A stretch of 64,000 nt of DNA from Candidatus Omnitrophota bacterium (GCA_015233115.1 JADFYJ010000008.1:40506-104505); one strand, 5' to 3'; shown: positions 17,924-27,985, counted from the stretch's first letter. Notes: generated by a model from the letters alone, not told the origin. Translations and numbers: made by a program.

Positions 17924-18895
17924 ATGATTGATTTTAATTTTATTACATCCATAGCCCAGTCAACCAGGCTGGCTGATTTGACCCAGGAGCTGATCCGGAA
18001 AAGTCAGGAAGTCATGGCTCAGTCACCACGGAGTGACTTGGCAGAGTGGACTGACGCGATAGCCCTTTTGCCGCAAATTATTCCATCCAAAATTGATTTA
18101 AATGCTTCAGTCGTGTCGATTGGTCAACAGAGTGATGTGGATGATTTGATGCGCCGGGAATTAGAAAATAAATTACGGGAACTTCAGCCTTGGCGTAAAG
18201 GGCCGTTTGAGGTGTTTGGGGTGCATATTGACACGGAATGGCGTTCAGATATGAAGTGGGACCGGATCAAAAATCATATCAAACCTTTGCAGGACAAGCT
18301 AGTTCTTGATGTCGGGTGCGGGAGTGGATATCATTTGTGGCGCATGGCTGGCAGCGGGGCGCGTCTGGCTATTGGGGTAGAACCGCTTTTGATTAATGTG
18401 ATGCAATTTTTTGCTATGCAAAAATATATTAAAAATCCAGCTGTTATGGTTTTTCCATTGGGGATTGATGATGTTCCGGCGGTGGTGGATGGGTTTGATA
18501 CTATTTTTTCCATGGGTTTGTTGTATCACCGCCGGTCGCCGTTGGATCATTTAATTCAGTTGTTTGATTTGTTAGCAGAGAAAGGTGAGCTGATATTAGA
18601 AACTTTGGTTATCGACGGTAAAAAAGGCGAAGTTCTGGCGCCGACCGGCCGGTATTGCCAAATGTCCAATGTGTGGTTTATTCCGTCTGTCTTAACTTTG
18701 GAGTATTGGCTCGAGCGCGCGGGTTTTAAAAATATTCGTTTGGTTAATGTCAACCGGACTTCTGGCGACGAACAGCGTTCGACCAGGTGGATGACGTTTC
18801 AATCTTTGTCTGATTTTCTTGATCCTGCTGACCAGAAAATGACAGTGGAAGGATATAGCGCGCCTCACCGCGCTATTTTAATTGCGAATAAGTAG
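17924..18895 (+). CDS. cmoB: tRNA U34 carboxymethyltransferase CmoB
   Basis: PWRKGPF, IDTEWRSD.KW, FSMGLLYHRRSP, M.NVWFIPS, EGY..P.R motifs. Confidence 0.96.
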   Translation: MIDFNFITSIAQSTRLADLTQELIRKSQEVMAQSPRSDLAEWTDAIALLPQIIPSKIDLNASVVSIGQQSDVDDLMRRELENKLRELQPWRKGPFEVFGVHIDTEWRSDMKWDRIKNHIKPLQDKLVLDVGCGSGYHLWRMAGSGARLAIGVEPLLINVMQFFAMQKYIKNPAVMVFPLGIDDVPAVVDGFDTIFSMGLLYHRRSPLDHLIQLFDLLAEKGELILETLVIDGKKGEVLAPTGRYCQMSNVWFIPSVLTLEYWLERAGFKNIRLVNVNRTSGDEQRSTRWMTFQSLSDFLDPADQKMTVEGYSAPHRAILIANK

Positions 18896-18943
18896 GGATG
18901 GCGTCCAGTCCTTTATAAAAACATATAAATTTCTTCGAAAGAT

Positions 18944-18972
18944 TTGACTTTTTAAAACCAGCACGTTATATT
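18944..18972 (+). promoter_or_regulatory. Sigma70-type promoter
   Basis: TTGACT-17 bp-TATATT. Confidence 0.6.
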
Positions 18973-19007
18973 GAGCTGGACTAGAGAAAACATATTAGGT
19001 AAATCGA

Positions 19008-19337
19008 ATGACTATTAATGATGTTTTAGATCCTGTTTTAAAACTTCGCCTGGTTGAAAAACGTGGTGTCGAAGAAGATTTTGCTGAAATTGTTTTTCAT
19101 AGCAAAGATACCAAACTTTGGGTTGAGGAATTAAAAAAAACTTTAGGAGAACCTGCCAAGCCTGCTGGGGAACGTCCGGGTGAAGAACATCTTAAATTGA
19201 CCGAGAAATACGGCGGCATCTGGGCTAATCAAACGTTATTTTTTAAAAACTGCGGAACTTTTGTTTTCCTAGGGATGTTTTGGCCGTGGTCGAATGGCCA
19301 GCAAACCACCTTTAAGCTTGTCAAGACCTCTCCTTAA
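19008..19337 (+). CDS. Hypothetical protein
   Basis: Compact ORF with GGI..NQTL and MFWPW motifs; promoter upstream. Confidence 0.75.
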   Translation: MTINDVLDPVLKLRLVEKRGVEEDFAEIVFHSKDTKLWVEELKKTLGEPAKPAGERPGEEHLKLTEKYGGIWANQTLFFKNCGTFVFLGMFWPWSNGQQTTFKLVKTSP

Positions 19338-20054
19338 ATGCGTAAACGTCAGCAGATTAGCCATGAAATGTTTTCCGCTTCGAAGCGGGTTGGCTCTGCC
19401 GTCAAAGATTTTGCCATGATGAGGGAAAATGACCGGATTTTGGTTGAATTAGACGGAACTGCTGATGCGTGGTGTTGTTTAGATTTATTGGTTTACCGGC
19501 AAACTTTCGTGCCGGTTAAATATGCCGTGATTGCGGTTGTTCCTGAAAATATTTTTCCTGCGGCTTTTCTTTCCTATATTCAAGAATTTTGTAAAATACA
19601 TCAAGTGACGCTGCATATTGTAAAAGAATTAAGTTTCGTGCCCCCAGCATTTAAATGTAACAAAATCGCCAAGAGTGATAACTTTGATGACATTATTGAG
19701 CGGATTATGCAGATGATGTTTTTGGAAGGCAAACTTTTTAATTGGGGTGACATGATCCCTGGGGATATGATACTTAATTCAAATAACCAAACTGAATTAA
19801 GTTTTGCGTCCCCAGTCCTTATTTACCCCTTAGCCTATATCGAAAGAGACCTGCTGCAAAGTATGGTTCAACATGAATATCCTTTGTGGCAAAATATGTT
19901 TTTCCCTAAAAAGCCTATGTCTTCAGATCCCTCGTCCTTTAACCAAATATCCGCAGTCCGGGATATGATCAACCAGCTTAAGAAAATAAATCCCGGCGTG
20001 AAGAAAAACATCTTTAATTGCGTATTTAAAATTAATTCCGAGTATTTAGTTTGA
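19338..20054 (+). CDS. Degenerate TtcA-like (tRNA 2-thiocytidine) protein lacking PP-loop and CxxC motifs
   Basis: DRILV, CNKIA, DDIIE, EGKL, YPLAYI and P.VK.NIF....I..EYL follow the TtcA layout; SGGKDS is replaced by ELDGTADA. Confidence 0.65.
   Translation: MRKRQQISHEMFSASKRVGSAVKDFAMMRENDRILVELDGTADAWCCLDLLVYRQTFVPVKYAVIAVVPENIFPAAFLSYIQEFCKIHQVTLHIVKELSFVPPAFKCNKIAKSDNFDDIIERIMQMMFLEGKLFNWGDMIPGDMILNSNNQTELSFASPVLIYPLAYIERDLLQSMVQHEYPLWQNMFFPKKPMSSDPSSFNQISAVRDMINQLKKINPGVKKNIFNCVFKINSEYLV
19759..19815. repeat. In-frame copy of the GGGGACATGATACTTAATT palindrome inside the TtcA-like gene
   Basis: ctggggatatgatacttaattc...gaattaagttttgcgtccccag (57 bp); half copy at 19626-19645. Confidence 0.8.
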
Positions 20055-20103
20055 AGGGGGTTTATTATTTACAACCTAAAAATTTCAAGTAAAATGGTTT
20101 TCT

Positions 20104-21384
20104 ATGATTAAAAAGCTATCTATCTTTTTTATTGGTTTGGCCTTTTATTTATGGCCGATTACTGCTCATGCTGTGGATGTGGCTCAGGATGTGTATAAGG
20201 CTAAAATCAGCGGCATATATCAGATCAGGGTTATTGATGTGGCGACTGGGAATAAGGCTGTGATCGGCTCCGGATTTCAGTTTACCGCGGACGGATATGT
20301 TGCGACCAATTATCATGTGGTATCTGAGGCTATTCATCAGCCAAATCAATACCGGGTTGAATATATTACTTCGAATAACAAGACGTTTGATCTTAAAGTT
20401 GTGGATTTTGATATTATCCATGATATAGCTGTTTTAAAAACGGCTCAGCCTGCCGCTATTTTTTTATCGTTAGATAAATCTGTTGATTTGAGTAATGGGA
20501 CTAAAATTTTCTCGATCGGCAACCCGTATGATTTGGGAATGACGATTGTGGAGGGAATTTATAATGGATTGATGGAAAAGTCTTTTTACAAAAAGATATT
20601 ATTTTCAGGTTCGTTAAACAGCGGGATGAGCGGCGGGCCGGCTGTTAATAATTTAGGTGATGTGGTGGGGATCAATGTGGCTACCCGTGGAAACGCGATT
20701 AGTTTTCTTGTTCCTGTAGAATATTTGAAATCGCTTTATGAAGAGGTGAAAAAGGATTTACCTGTGTCTCCCGATTTACCCCCCGATTTATCAAAACGCA
20801 TTGAACATCAATTGAGTGATAATCAGGATAATATTTTCAAAAAGATTCTGGGTAGTCCCTGGAAACAAATGCATATCGGTGGGGCATTGGTTCCCGCGGA
20901 AATTTCTCCGTCATTTAAATGCTGGGGAAATTCAGAACCTGCTCCGGATCATATATATGAGCTCACGCATCTAACGTGTTCCACGGAAGACCAGATCTTT
21001 GTGAGTTCTTCCTTGAATACCGGTTATATCGGTTACCGGTATTATTGGATTAATTCTCTTAAGTTGAATCCTTTCCGTTTTTACTCTGCTTATGAGAGGA
21101 TGTTTGCCGGGCAGAAAGGTTATGAGAGCGCAGGAGAGAATGACGCGGAAAATTTTATTTGTAATACAAGTTTTGTGAATGTGGGAGGCAAAGATGTCAA
21201 GGTGGCGCTTTGCGCGCGGCGTTATAAAAAGTATCCGTCTCTTTTTGATATGGACCTGGCCTTGGCTTCAGTGTTTGAAAAAACCAGAGGCTTACAAGTC
21301 AAGGTGACAGCATTAGGTATAACCCAAGATAATATCAAAGCATTGACCAAGAAATTTTTGGAGTCAATAAGTTGGCAAAAATAG
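20104..21384 (+). CDS. Secreted trypsin-like serine protease
   Basis: Signal peptide; TNYHVV, HDIA and NSGMSGGP catalytic motifs; Cys-containing C-terminal domain rather than PDZ. Confidence 0.88.
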   Translation: MIKKLSIFFIGLAFYLWPITAHAVDVAQDVYKAKISGIYQIRVIDVATGNKAVIGSGFQFTADGYVATNYHVVSEAIHQPNQYRVEYITSNNKTFDLKVVDFDIIHDIAVLKTAQPAAIFLSLDKSVDLSNGTKIFSIGNPYDLGMTIVEGIYNGLMEKSFYKKILFSGSLNSGMSGGPAVNNLGDVVGINVATRGNAISFLVPVEYLKSLYEEVKKDLPVSPDLPPDLSKRIEHQLSDNQDNIFKKILGSPWKQMHIGGALVPAEISPSFKCWGNSEPAPDHIYELTHLTCSTEDQIFVSSSLNTGYIGYRYYWINSLKLNPFRFYSAYERMFAGQKGYESAGENDAENFICNTSFVNVGGKDVKVALCARRYKKYPSLFDMDLALASVFEKTRGLQVKVTALGITQDNIKALTKKFLESISWQK

Positions 21385-22328
21385 TTTTCGAAATACAATA
21401 TTCCACTAAATCCAAACCATTCTATTGTCATTTAGAACAGGAAGAAATACGGATCGGACGGGGATTTGACTGCGACCTTTTGATCAATGACCCTTGGGTG
21501 TCTGCTCATCATCTTGTTATGCGGCAGGAAATGGAAGGAGGATGGAGCATAACGGATACGGATAGTAAAAATGGGACGCTATTAAACGGAAAGATTAAAG
21601 TGGGAACCGGGCAAATCTTGAATTCCGGTGATTATTTAATGATAGGACGGACCAAGATTCGGGTTTTTGCGCCGGAACATCCGGTAGTACCGCCATTGTC
21701 CGCCAGCGTTCCCAATAAATTTTTAGTGTCTTTGAACCATCCGGTCGCGGTATTCATTTTGTTTGTTTTAGTGAACGTGATTTCTGTGTTACAGCAATAT
21801 TTGACGATGTATACCAATATACGCCCGATGCAGTTATTGGCAGGAAATATTTTACCCATGGTTTTTATGGTGATATGGGCAGGATTTTGGACATTTATCG
21901 GATGGCTGATTATCCGGAAAGTTAATTTCTTCGCTCAGTTGTCTGTTACATTTTTCGCGTTTTTTATTTCTGTTCCGATCTCGATGGTAGCGAATTACTG
22001 GGCTTTTTCAACTGGTTCATCGTGGGGAATGTGGCTGGGTTCAACAATTTGCGTGGGAGGATGGGCGGTTTATTTATTAACGGAAAATTTGGCTTTGGCC
22101 ACGAATTTATCCCGTAAACAAAGAATTGGTTATACGGCAGCCTTGGTGTTGGCCTTGTCAGTCAGCTTTGGCGTTTTGAAAAAAGCGAAAAATGAAGAAT
22201 TTAGCGGTAAGCCAATATTTGTGCAAAATTTGATGCCGCCCTATGTGAAATTGTGGAGGCTGAAGACCGCGGATCAATTTTTAAAAGACAGTTTATTTAT
22301 TTTTGAAAAAAAGGCAGGAAAAAATTGA
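21372..22328 (+). CDS. FHA domain membrane protein
   Basis: IGRG..CD, VSAHH, SKNGT FHA motifs followed by about 5 TM segments. Confidence 0.85.
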   Translation: MAKIVFEIQYSTKSKPFYCHLEQEEIRIGRGFDCDLLINDPWVSAHHLVMRQEMEGGWSITDTDSKNGTLLNGKIKVGTGQILNSGDYLMIGRTKIRVFAPEHPVVPPLSASVPNKFLVSLNHPVAVFILFVLVNVISVLQQYLTMYTNIRPMQLLAGNILPMVFMVIWAGFWTFIGWLIIRKVNFFAQLSVTFFAFFISVPISMVANYWAFSTGSSWGMWLGSTICVGGWAVYLLTENLALATNLSRKQRIGYTAALVLALSVSFGVLKKAKNEEFSGKPIFVQNLMPPYVKLWRLKTADQFLKDSLFIFEKKAGKN

Positions 22329-22714
22329 AAGATATAGCACCGAAACATGATACCTTCGCCCCTTTTTGCGGCATTGTATTAGAAGAAGTCCGGGATGGTT
22401 ATGCCAAGTCAACCATGAAAGTTGAACAACATCATAAAAATGGCATTGGCACTGTTCATGGTGGGGCATTGTTCACCTTAGCCGATTATACCTTTGCCGC
22501 AGCCGCTAATTCGCGGGGAACCACCGAGCATGTGGTCGTAGCCATCAATGCCCAAATTTCTTATGTTAAAGCCGTTACTCAAGGCGTTTTAACCGCTGAA
22601 GCTGAAGAATTAAAATACGATACTAAGATCCCCATTTATACGGTTAAAATCGTTGACGAAAAGAATGAATTGGTCGCTGTGTTTCAAGGCATGGGATATA
22701 AGAAGAAGAGGTAA
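22325..22714 (+). CDS. PaaI family hotdog thioesterase
   Basis: N..GTVHGGALFTLAD motif. Confidence 0.92.
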   Translation: MKDIAPKHDTFAPFCGIVLEEVRDGYAKSTMKVEQHHKNGIGTVHGGALFTLADYTFAAAANSRGTTEHVVVAINAQISYVKAVTQGVLTAEAEELKYDTKIPIYTVKIVDEKNELVAVFQGMGYKKKR

Positions 22715-22717
22715 AAA

Positions 22718-24019
22718 ATGATTTGGAATGAAAAAATGGAGTGTATGAGTCGGGAAGACATGAAAAATTGTCAGTCTGACCGTCTGAAAAAATTAGTCCA
22801 GTATGTTTACGAACGATCTCCTTTTTACAAAAATAAATTAGATCAACTCGGTGTTTCTCCTCGCGATATTAAATCTATCGAGGATATTGTCAAGCTGCCG
22901 TTCACGCATAAAGATGATTTGCGAGACAATTATCCATTCGGAGCTTTTTCAAAACCAGTTGGTCAAATCGCGGAAATTCATATCTCCAGCGGAACCACCG
23001 GCAACCCGACGGTCGTAGGTTATTCAAAATCAGATGTGGAATTATGGTCAGAAGTCATGTCTCGTTCGTTATGCTGTGCCGGAGCTGTGCCGGGCGACAT
23101 GATCCAAGTGGCATATGGCTATGGATTATTTACCGGAGGTTTAGGGGCGCATTATGGCGCGTTAAACATGGGCGTGACTATTATTCCATGCTCCTCTGGG
23201 CAGACCAAACGGCAATTAAAAATTATGCAGGATTTTAAGCCACGGATACTAGCTTGCACCCCGTCATATTCATTATATATGGCTGAGGAAGCCAAAGAAC
23301 TGGGCATGGATCCGCGGGACAGCAGTTGGAAAATTGGGGTTTTTGGCGCTGAGCCGTGGAGTGAAAATATGCGCCAAGAAATCGAAAAAGTCTGGAATAT
23401 GTCAGCAACGGATATTTATGGCTTGTCAGAAATTATTGGGCCAGGTGTGGCGCAGGAATGTCATTTAAAACGCGGCTTGCATTTATATTCTGATGTTTTT
23501 TATCCGGAAATTATTAATGAACAAACGAATCAGCCAGCCAAGCCGGGTGAAAGCGGTGTGTTAGCCGTGACGACATTAACGAAGGAAGGGATGCCGTTAT
23601 TGCGTTACCGGACGCGTGATATTGTGTCTTTATCTTTTGAAAAGTGCGCCTGCGGCCGGACGTCTCCCCGGATCAGTAAGATTCAGGGCCGGACGGATGA
23701 TATGATCATTGTCCGCGGCATTAATGTGTTCCCGTCACAGATTGAACATGTGCTTTTGGAGATCGAAGAAACTCAGCCGCATTATCAGCTGATCGTAGAT
23801 CGTAAGCCAGGAGGCATGGACGAGCTGGAAATATTAGTGGAGCTGAAAGAAGAGTATTTTTCTGATGAGGTAAAAAAATTGCAGGCGATTGAGCATAAAA
23901 TCCAAAAAGAAATTGCCGCCACTTTATCCGTCGAGCCCAAAGTGCATCTGGTCGAACCCAAAACGATAGCCCGCAGCGAAGGCAAAGCCAAGAGAGTTAT
24001 TGATAAAAGAAATTTATAA
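22718..24019 (+). CDS. paaK: Phenylacetate-CoA ligase family protein
   Basis: SSGTTG.P, YGLFTGG, YGLSE, RYRTRD, GRTDDM, GKAKRV.D.R motifs. Confidence 0.93.
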   Translation: MIWNEKMECMSREDMKNCQSDRLKKLVQYVYERSPFYKNKLDQLGVSPRDIKSIEDIVKLPFTHKDDLRDNYPFGAFSKPVGQIAEIHISSGTTGNPTVVGYSKSDVELWSEVMSRSLCCAGAVPGDMIQVAYGYGLFTGGLGAHYGALNMGVTIIPCSSGQTKRQLKIMQDFKPRILACTPSYSLYMAEEAKELGMDPRDSSWKIGVFGAEPWSENMRQEIEKVWNMSATDIYGLSEIIGPGVAQECHLKRGLHLYSDVFYPEIINEQTNQPAKPGESGVLAVTTLTKEGMPLLRYRTRDIVSLSFEKCACGRTSPRISKIQGRTDDMIIVRGINVFPSQIEHVLLEIEETQPHYQLIVDRKPGGMDELEILVELKEEYFSDEVKKLQAIEHKIQKEIAATLSVEPKVHLVEPKTIARSEGKAKRVIDKRNL

Positions 24020-24029
24020 AAATATTTCA

Positions 24030-24083
24030 CCTCTCCCCTCCGGGGAGAGGGAAGCCTGCCTGCCGGTAGGCAGGGGTGAGGGG
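24030..24083. repeat. Composite palindrome: a CCTGCCT..AGGCAGG 20-mer nested in a CCTCTCCCC/GGGGAGAGG-GGTGAGGGG element
   Basis: cctctcccc-tcc-ggggagagg, then cctgcct-gccggt-aggcagg, then ggtgagggg. Confidence 0.8.
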
Positions 24084-24091
24084 TAAAAATT

Positions 24092-24523
24092 ATGAAATTG
24101 ACACAAATTTCAGTCTTTTTAGAAAACAAAAAAGGCCGCCTTTATGACGCGACCCGCTTGTTAGGCGAGAACAACGTCAACATCCGTGCTTTAACCATTG
24201 CGGAAAGCCAGGATTTCGGTGTCTTGCGCATTGTCGTAGATAATCCGGAAAAAGGGTTGGAGGTTTTAAAAAATAATAAATTCATGGCTTCATTTACAGA
24301 TATCGTAGCCGTTGAAGTGGGCGATGACCCCGGCGGTTTGGCTCACGTGTTAAAAGTGTTTGCTGATACCGGCATCAACATCGAATACATGTACGCGTTC
24401 GTCGAAAAAAACACCGATAAGGCCCTCATGGTTTTCCGTTTCGACAATACCGACGGAGCTATCAAAGTGTTACAGCAAAATAAAATCAATGTCGTCGGCA
24501 AAAAAGAAATTGCAGATTTATAA
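24092..24523 (+). CDS. Tandem ACT domain protein
   Basis: QISVFLENK.GRL, D.PGGL, NIEYMYAF motifs. Confidence 0.92.
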   Translation: MKLTQISVFLENKKGRLYDATRLLGENNVNIRALTIAESQDFGVLRIVVDNPEKGLEVLKNNKFMASFTDIVAVEVGDDPGGLAHVLKVFADTGINIEYMYAFVEKNTDKALMVFRFDNTDGAIKVLQQNKINVVGKKEIADL

Positions 24524-25831
24524 ATGAATGTTTGTTACCAAAATAAAGATTTAGAATGCGTTAATCGTTCCAGTCTGGACTCCATCCAAACCGCGGGTTT
24601 GCAATTTTCAGTCGCTCAGGCGCTTAAAACCAAATTTTATGCCGCACGATTAAAAGGTCATGTCTCCTCACCAGAAGATATCCGTTCTTTGAATGACTTG
24701 AAAAGAATCCCTTTTACGACTAAGGATGATTTGAGAGAAAGCTATACGGATGGCATATTAGCGACGGAATTTAAACATGTGGTTCGTTTGCATACATCGA
24801 GCGGCACAACCGGCGTGCCGACTGTGATCTATCACACGCAAAAAGATCTTAATAATTGGACGGAGCTCATGGAGCGATCCTTGATCGCCAGCGGCGCGAC
24901 CTGCGAAGATATTTTCCAAAACATGATGACCTATGGTATGTTTACCGGCGGGTTGGGTTTTCATTACGGGGCGGAAAAATTAGGAATTTTAGTGATTCCG
25001 ACTGGTTCAGGTAATACCAAACGACAATTACAGCTCATGAAAGATTTTAAAACCACTTTAGTTCATGCTACCCCGAGCTACATGTTTCATATGGCTTCGA
25101 CCATGAATGAACATGGTTTTTCCATGAAAGATTTTAATCTTAAAAAAGCCTATATCGGGGGAGAACCTCATTCGGAAAATACCCGCAAAAAAATTGAAGA
25201 ACTGTTTGGCATCGAAGCATACAATTCTTTTGGCTTAAGCGAAATGAACGGCCCTGGCGTGGCTTTTGAGTGCGTGTATAAAACCGGACTGCATGTTTGG
25301 GAAGATTCTTATATTTTAGAAGTGATTGATCCCCAATCCGGCGAACTGGTCAAAGACGGGGAAATCGGCGAAATTGTTTTCACCACGTTGCGCCGGGAAG
25401 CGACTCCGATTTTGCGTTATCGCACCCGCGATTTGGCGTCGGTTATACCTGGCGTTTGCCCGTGCGGCCGCACTCACCGCCGTTTATCACGGATTGCCGG
25501 ACGAACTGATGATATGCTGATCATTAACGGCGCGAACGTGTTCCCGTCGCAAATAGAACAGATTTTAATGAAAGTCCCGGAAGTGGGCACCAATTATATG
25601 ATTTTAGTTTCGAAAGACGGCGCATTGGATAAATTGACTGTTCAGGTTGAAATTCATTCCAAAACTTTTCACGGTGATATGTCAGAATTGGGAGTTTTAA
25701 AACATAAAATCAAGGATGAGCTCAAGGCCTCGATTATGATTAATCCGAGCGTAGAATTGCACGAGCCTGGCAGTCTCCCCCAGTTCGAAATGAAAGCCAA
25801 AAGGGTTGTTGATTCACGGATAAAGATTTAA
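24524..25831 (+). CDS. paaK: Phenylacetate-CoA ligase family protein, second paralog
   Basis: HTSSGTTG, FGLSEMNGPG, RYRTRD, GRTDDM motifs. Confidence 0.92.
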   Translation: MNVCYQNKDLECVNRSSLDSIQTAGLQFSVAQALKTKFYAARLKGHVSSPEDIRSLNDLKRIPFTTKDDLRESYTDGILATEFKHVVRLHTSSGTTGVPTVIYHTQKDLNNWTELMERSLIASGATCEDIFQNMMTYGMFTGGLGFHYGAEKLGILVIPTGSGNTKRQLQLMKDFKTTLVHATPSYMFHMASTMNEHGFSMKDFNLKKAYIGGEPHSENTRKKIEELFGIEAYNSFGLSEMNGPGVAFECVYKTGLHVWEDSYILEVIDPQSGELVKDGEIGEIVFTTLRREATPILRYRTRDLASVIPGVCPCGRTHRRLSRIAGRTDDMLIINGANVFPSQIEQILMKVPEVGTNYMILVSKDGALDKLTVQVEIHSKTFHGDMSELGVLKHKIKDELKASIMINPSVELHEPGSLPQFEMKAKRVVDSRIKI

Positions 25832-25940
25832 TGGGTAGGTCGTATGTAGAGAAAAAAAGCGGCGTTTTTTTGATTAAGCCTGAATTTTTTACAGTTTACA
25901 TTTCATATTTTATTATTTACCGTTATTATATATTCATAAA

Positions 25941-26083
25941 TTCGCTTTTATGACATACGACATGCTGCGAACCACATGCGTGAATATTCAAAACAGGAGA
26001 TAACCATTATTAAATAATACTTTCGCTTTTCACGACATACGACATGCTACGAACCACATGCGTGAATATTCAAAACAGGAGAT
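25941..26083 (+). repeat. Direct duplication of about 61 bp including a heptamer arm and an RBS
   Basis: ttcgctttt..gacatacgacatgct(g/a)cgaaccacatgcgtgaatattcaaaacaggagat at 25941-26001 and 26022-26083. Confidence 0.9.
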
Positions 26084-26087
26084 CATT

Positions 26088-26504
26088 ATGACTTATCAGC
26101 TTACCATATTTTTAGACAACCGTCCCGGCCGTTTAAATGTTTTAACCGGAGCATTATCCGGCGGTGGAATTAACATCCGCGCTATGGCCATTCAAGACCG
26201 GGAAGAATTTGGTCTAGTCAAATTGATGGTAGATCGTCCAGATGACGCTCTTTTACTTTTGAAACAAAACGGTTTTGCCTGTGCGTTAAAACCCGTGTTA
26301 GCTGTTTATCTTGCGGATAAAGTCGGCGGCCTTCATGAACTGACCAAAATTTTGTCTGATGCCAGTTTAAACATTCAAGACGCCTACGGCATGGCCGCGC
26401 AATCCGTGTTTTGTATTGAGTCAAAACAATTGGAACAAATCGAAGATGTTTTAGAAGAAAAAGGTTTTAAAATTTTAAGCGGCCCCGAAGCATACGGCAT
26501 GTAA
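26088..26504 (+). CDS. Tandem ACT domain protein, second paralog
   Basis: QLTIFLDNRPGRL, D.VGGL motifs; AGGAG RBS. Confidence 0.88.
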   Translation: MTYQLTIFLDNRPGRLNVLTGALSGGGINIRAMAIQDREEFGLVKLMVDRPDDALLLLKQNGFACALKPVLAVYLADKVGGLHELTKILSDASLNIQDAYGMAAQSVFCIESKQLEQIEDVLEEKGFKILSGPEAYGM

Positions 26505-26656
26505 TTTTTGAGAATAATGTTGAATTAGCCTGTTATTTATATAAACTTATAAATATCAGGCTTTTTTTATTATATTTTTTCTAGGTTTTTTATTTTTTTT
26601 GTTACTCGGTTACTCTGTTACTAGGTTACTCGGTTACTTTTAAGGGGGGGAAGAGC

Positions 26657-27838
26657 ATGAACAAATCCATTTCTTTTTTATTTTTTTCCGTCATAGTTTT
26701 TCTCGTCTTGCCGTCTTTAGCTCATTCGGCTTCATCCGAGATCTTGGCCTCCCGCAGCGACCGGTACAATACTGTCCTTAATCAGCAAATGGATGAATGG
26801 GAACAAGTCGAACACCGACACTCTCAGATGGCAGCCGGAAAAGAATGGAGCGAAGTCGAAAAAAACGCCCAAGATGAAGGACAGAAAATGCAGTACAAAA
26901 CTGTGCCTGAATCTCTCCAGGAAAAAAATGTCGCTCCTGTCAAAGGAAAATCGCCAAGCGATGAAAATTTTCATGGCGATGACGCACAAAAAATGCTGGA
27001 TGAAGAAGACCCCTTCATATCAGACAAACACGCCCGCGAAGCAGCATTGCCTCCGCTGACCTTTCATCAAAAACACACGTTCGAAGCATCTTATGATGTT
27101 TCGCACTATAAATATGAAGAGCCGCAGTTAATGCAATTAGCTGGTGCGATGAATGGTTTTTCTGCGGAGTATGTTTATCGTCCTAATAAAGGTGATGCAT
27201 TGAACTTTCCTTTTATGAATACCTATCATCTTCAGACTGAGTTTAACTGGTCCATTGGTAATTTGCGTTATGAATCAGCACAGACTACGGATAAAAATAA
27301 ACATGATTTTATTACCGATGATAGAGGGTTGATTGGTAGAGAATTTGTTGTGGATAATTTTACTCCTGAGTTATATGCGGGTTTTGGATATCGATATTTG
27401 AATGATCAACCCGATGAGATCTTAGTTAATGGATATTGGGATTATCAGCGAGAACAAACTTATTATTATCTCCCTATCGGGTTCAATGTTGGGCGGGATA
27501 TTAGCCGAAATTTTCGAATGACTGTTAATGCGGAATATGATTGGTTGCTTGTAGGAAAAAATACCACGCATTCAAGTGATTATAGCCAATATGTACAGCC
27601 ACCTGATCTGCCAGATCCGGATAATCATTTTACACAAGATACTGGATTTGGTTTGAGAGGCTATATAGAGATTGCGACTACAAAAGGGAAAGTCAATTTT
27701 TTTGTTCGCCCATTTTTTGAATATTGGCATATTGATGATTCTGATTTGCAACCAAACGTGAATGATCCGACCAGTGCATGGGTTGAGCCAGAGAACAAAA
27801 CCTGGCAAGCTGGGGCGAAATTCGGCGCTAGATTTTAA
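26657..27838 (+). CDS. Outer-membrane beta-barrel protein with charged N-terminal extension
   Basis: Signal peptide; Y.GFGYRYL, Y.REQ.Y.Y.P.G, EP.N.T motifs; terminal ARF. Confidence 0.7.
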   Translation: MNKSISFLFFSVIVFLVLPSLAHSASSEILASRSDRYNTVLNQQMDEWEQVEHRHSQMAAGKEWSEVEKNAQDEGQKMQYKTVPESLQEKNVAPVKGKSPSDENFHGDDAQKMLDEEDPFISDKHAREAALPPLTFHQKHTFEASYDVSHYKYEEPQLMQLAGAMNGFSAEYVYRPNKGDALNFPFMNTYHLQTEFNWSIGNLRYESAQTTDKNKHDFITDDRGLIGREFVVDNFTPELYAGFGYRYLNDQPDEILVNGYWDYQREQTYYYLPIGFNVGRDISRNFRMTVNAEYDWLLVGKNTTHSSDYSQYVQPPDLPDPDNHFTQDTGFGLRGYIEIATTKGKVNFFVRPFFEYWHIDDSDLQPNVNDPTSAWVEPENKTWQAGAKFGARF

Positions 27839-27985
27839 TAGAAGAAGTTTTATATAAGCATTTATGGATGTTTATCTTTTTTGTTTTTCTGCATTTTTAA
27901 GAACAGGGAACGGCGCGTTATTCTCATGCTATTTATGCCGCATATTTAACTTGCAACATTAAAAATGCAGGGTATACTTTTTAGT

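Noticed and set aside
25941-26083. Direct repeats or heptamer arrays as a CRISPR array
   Set aside because: Only two long copies, no series of unique equal-length spacers, and no cas genes.
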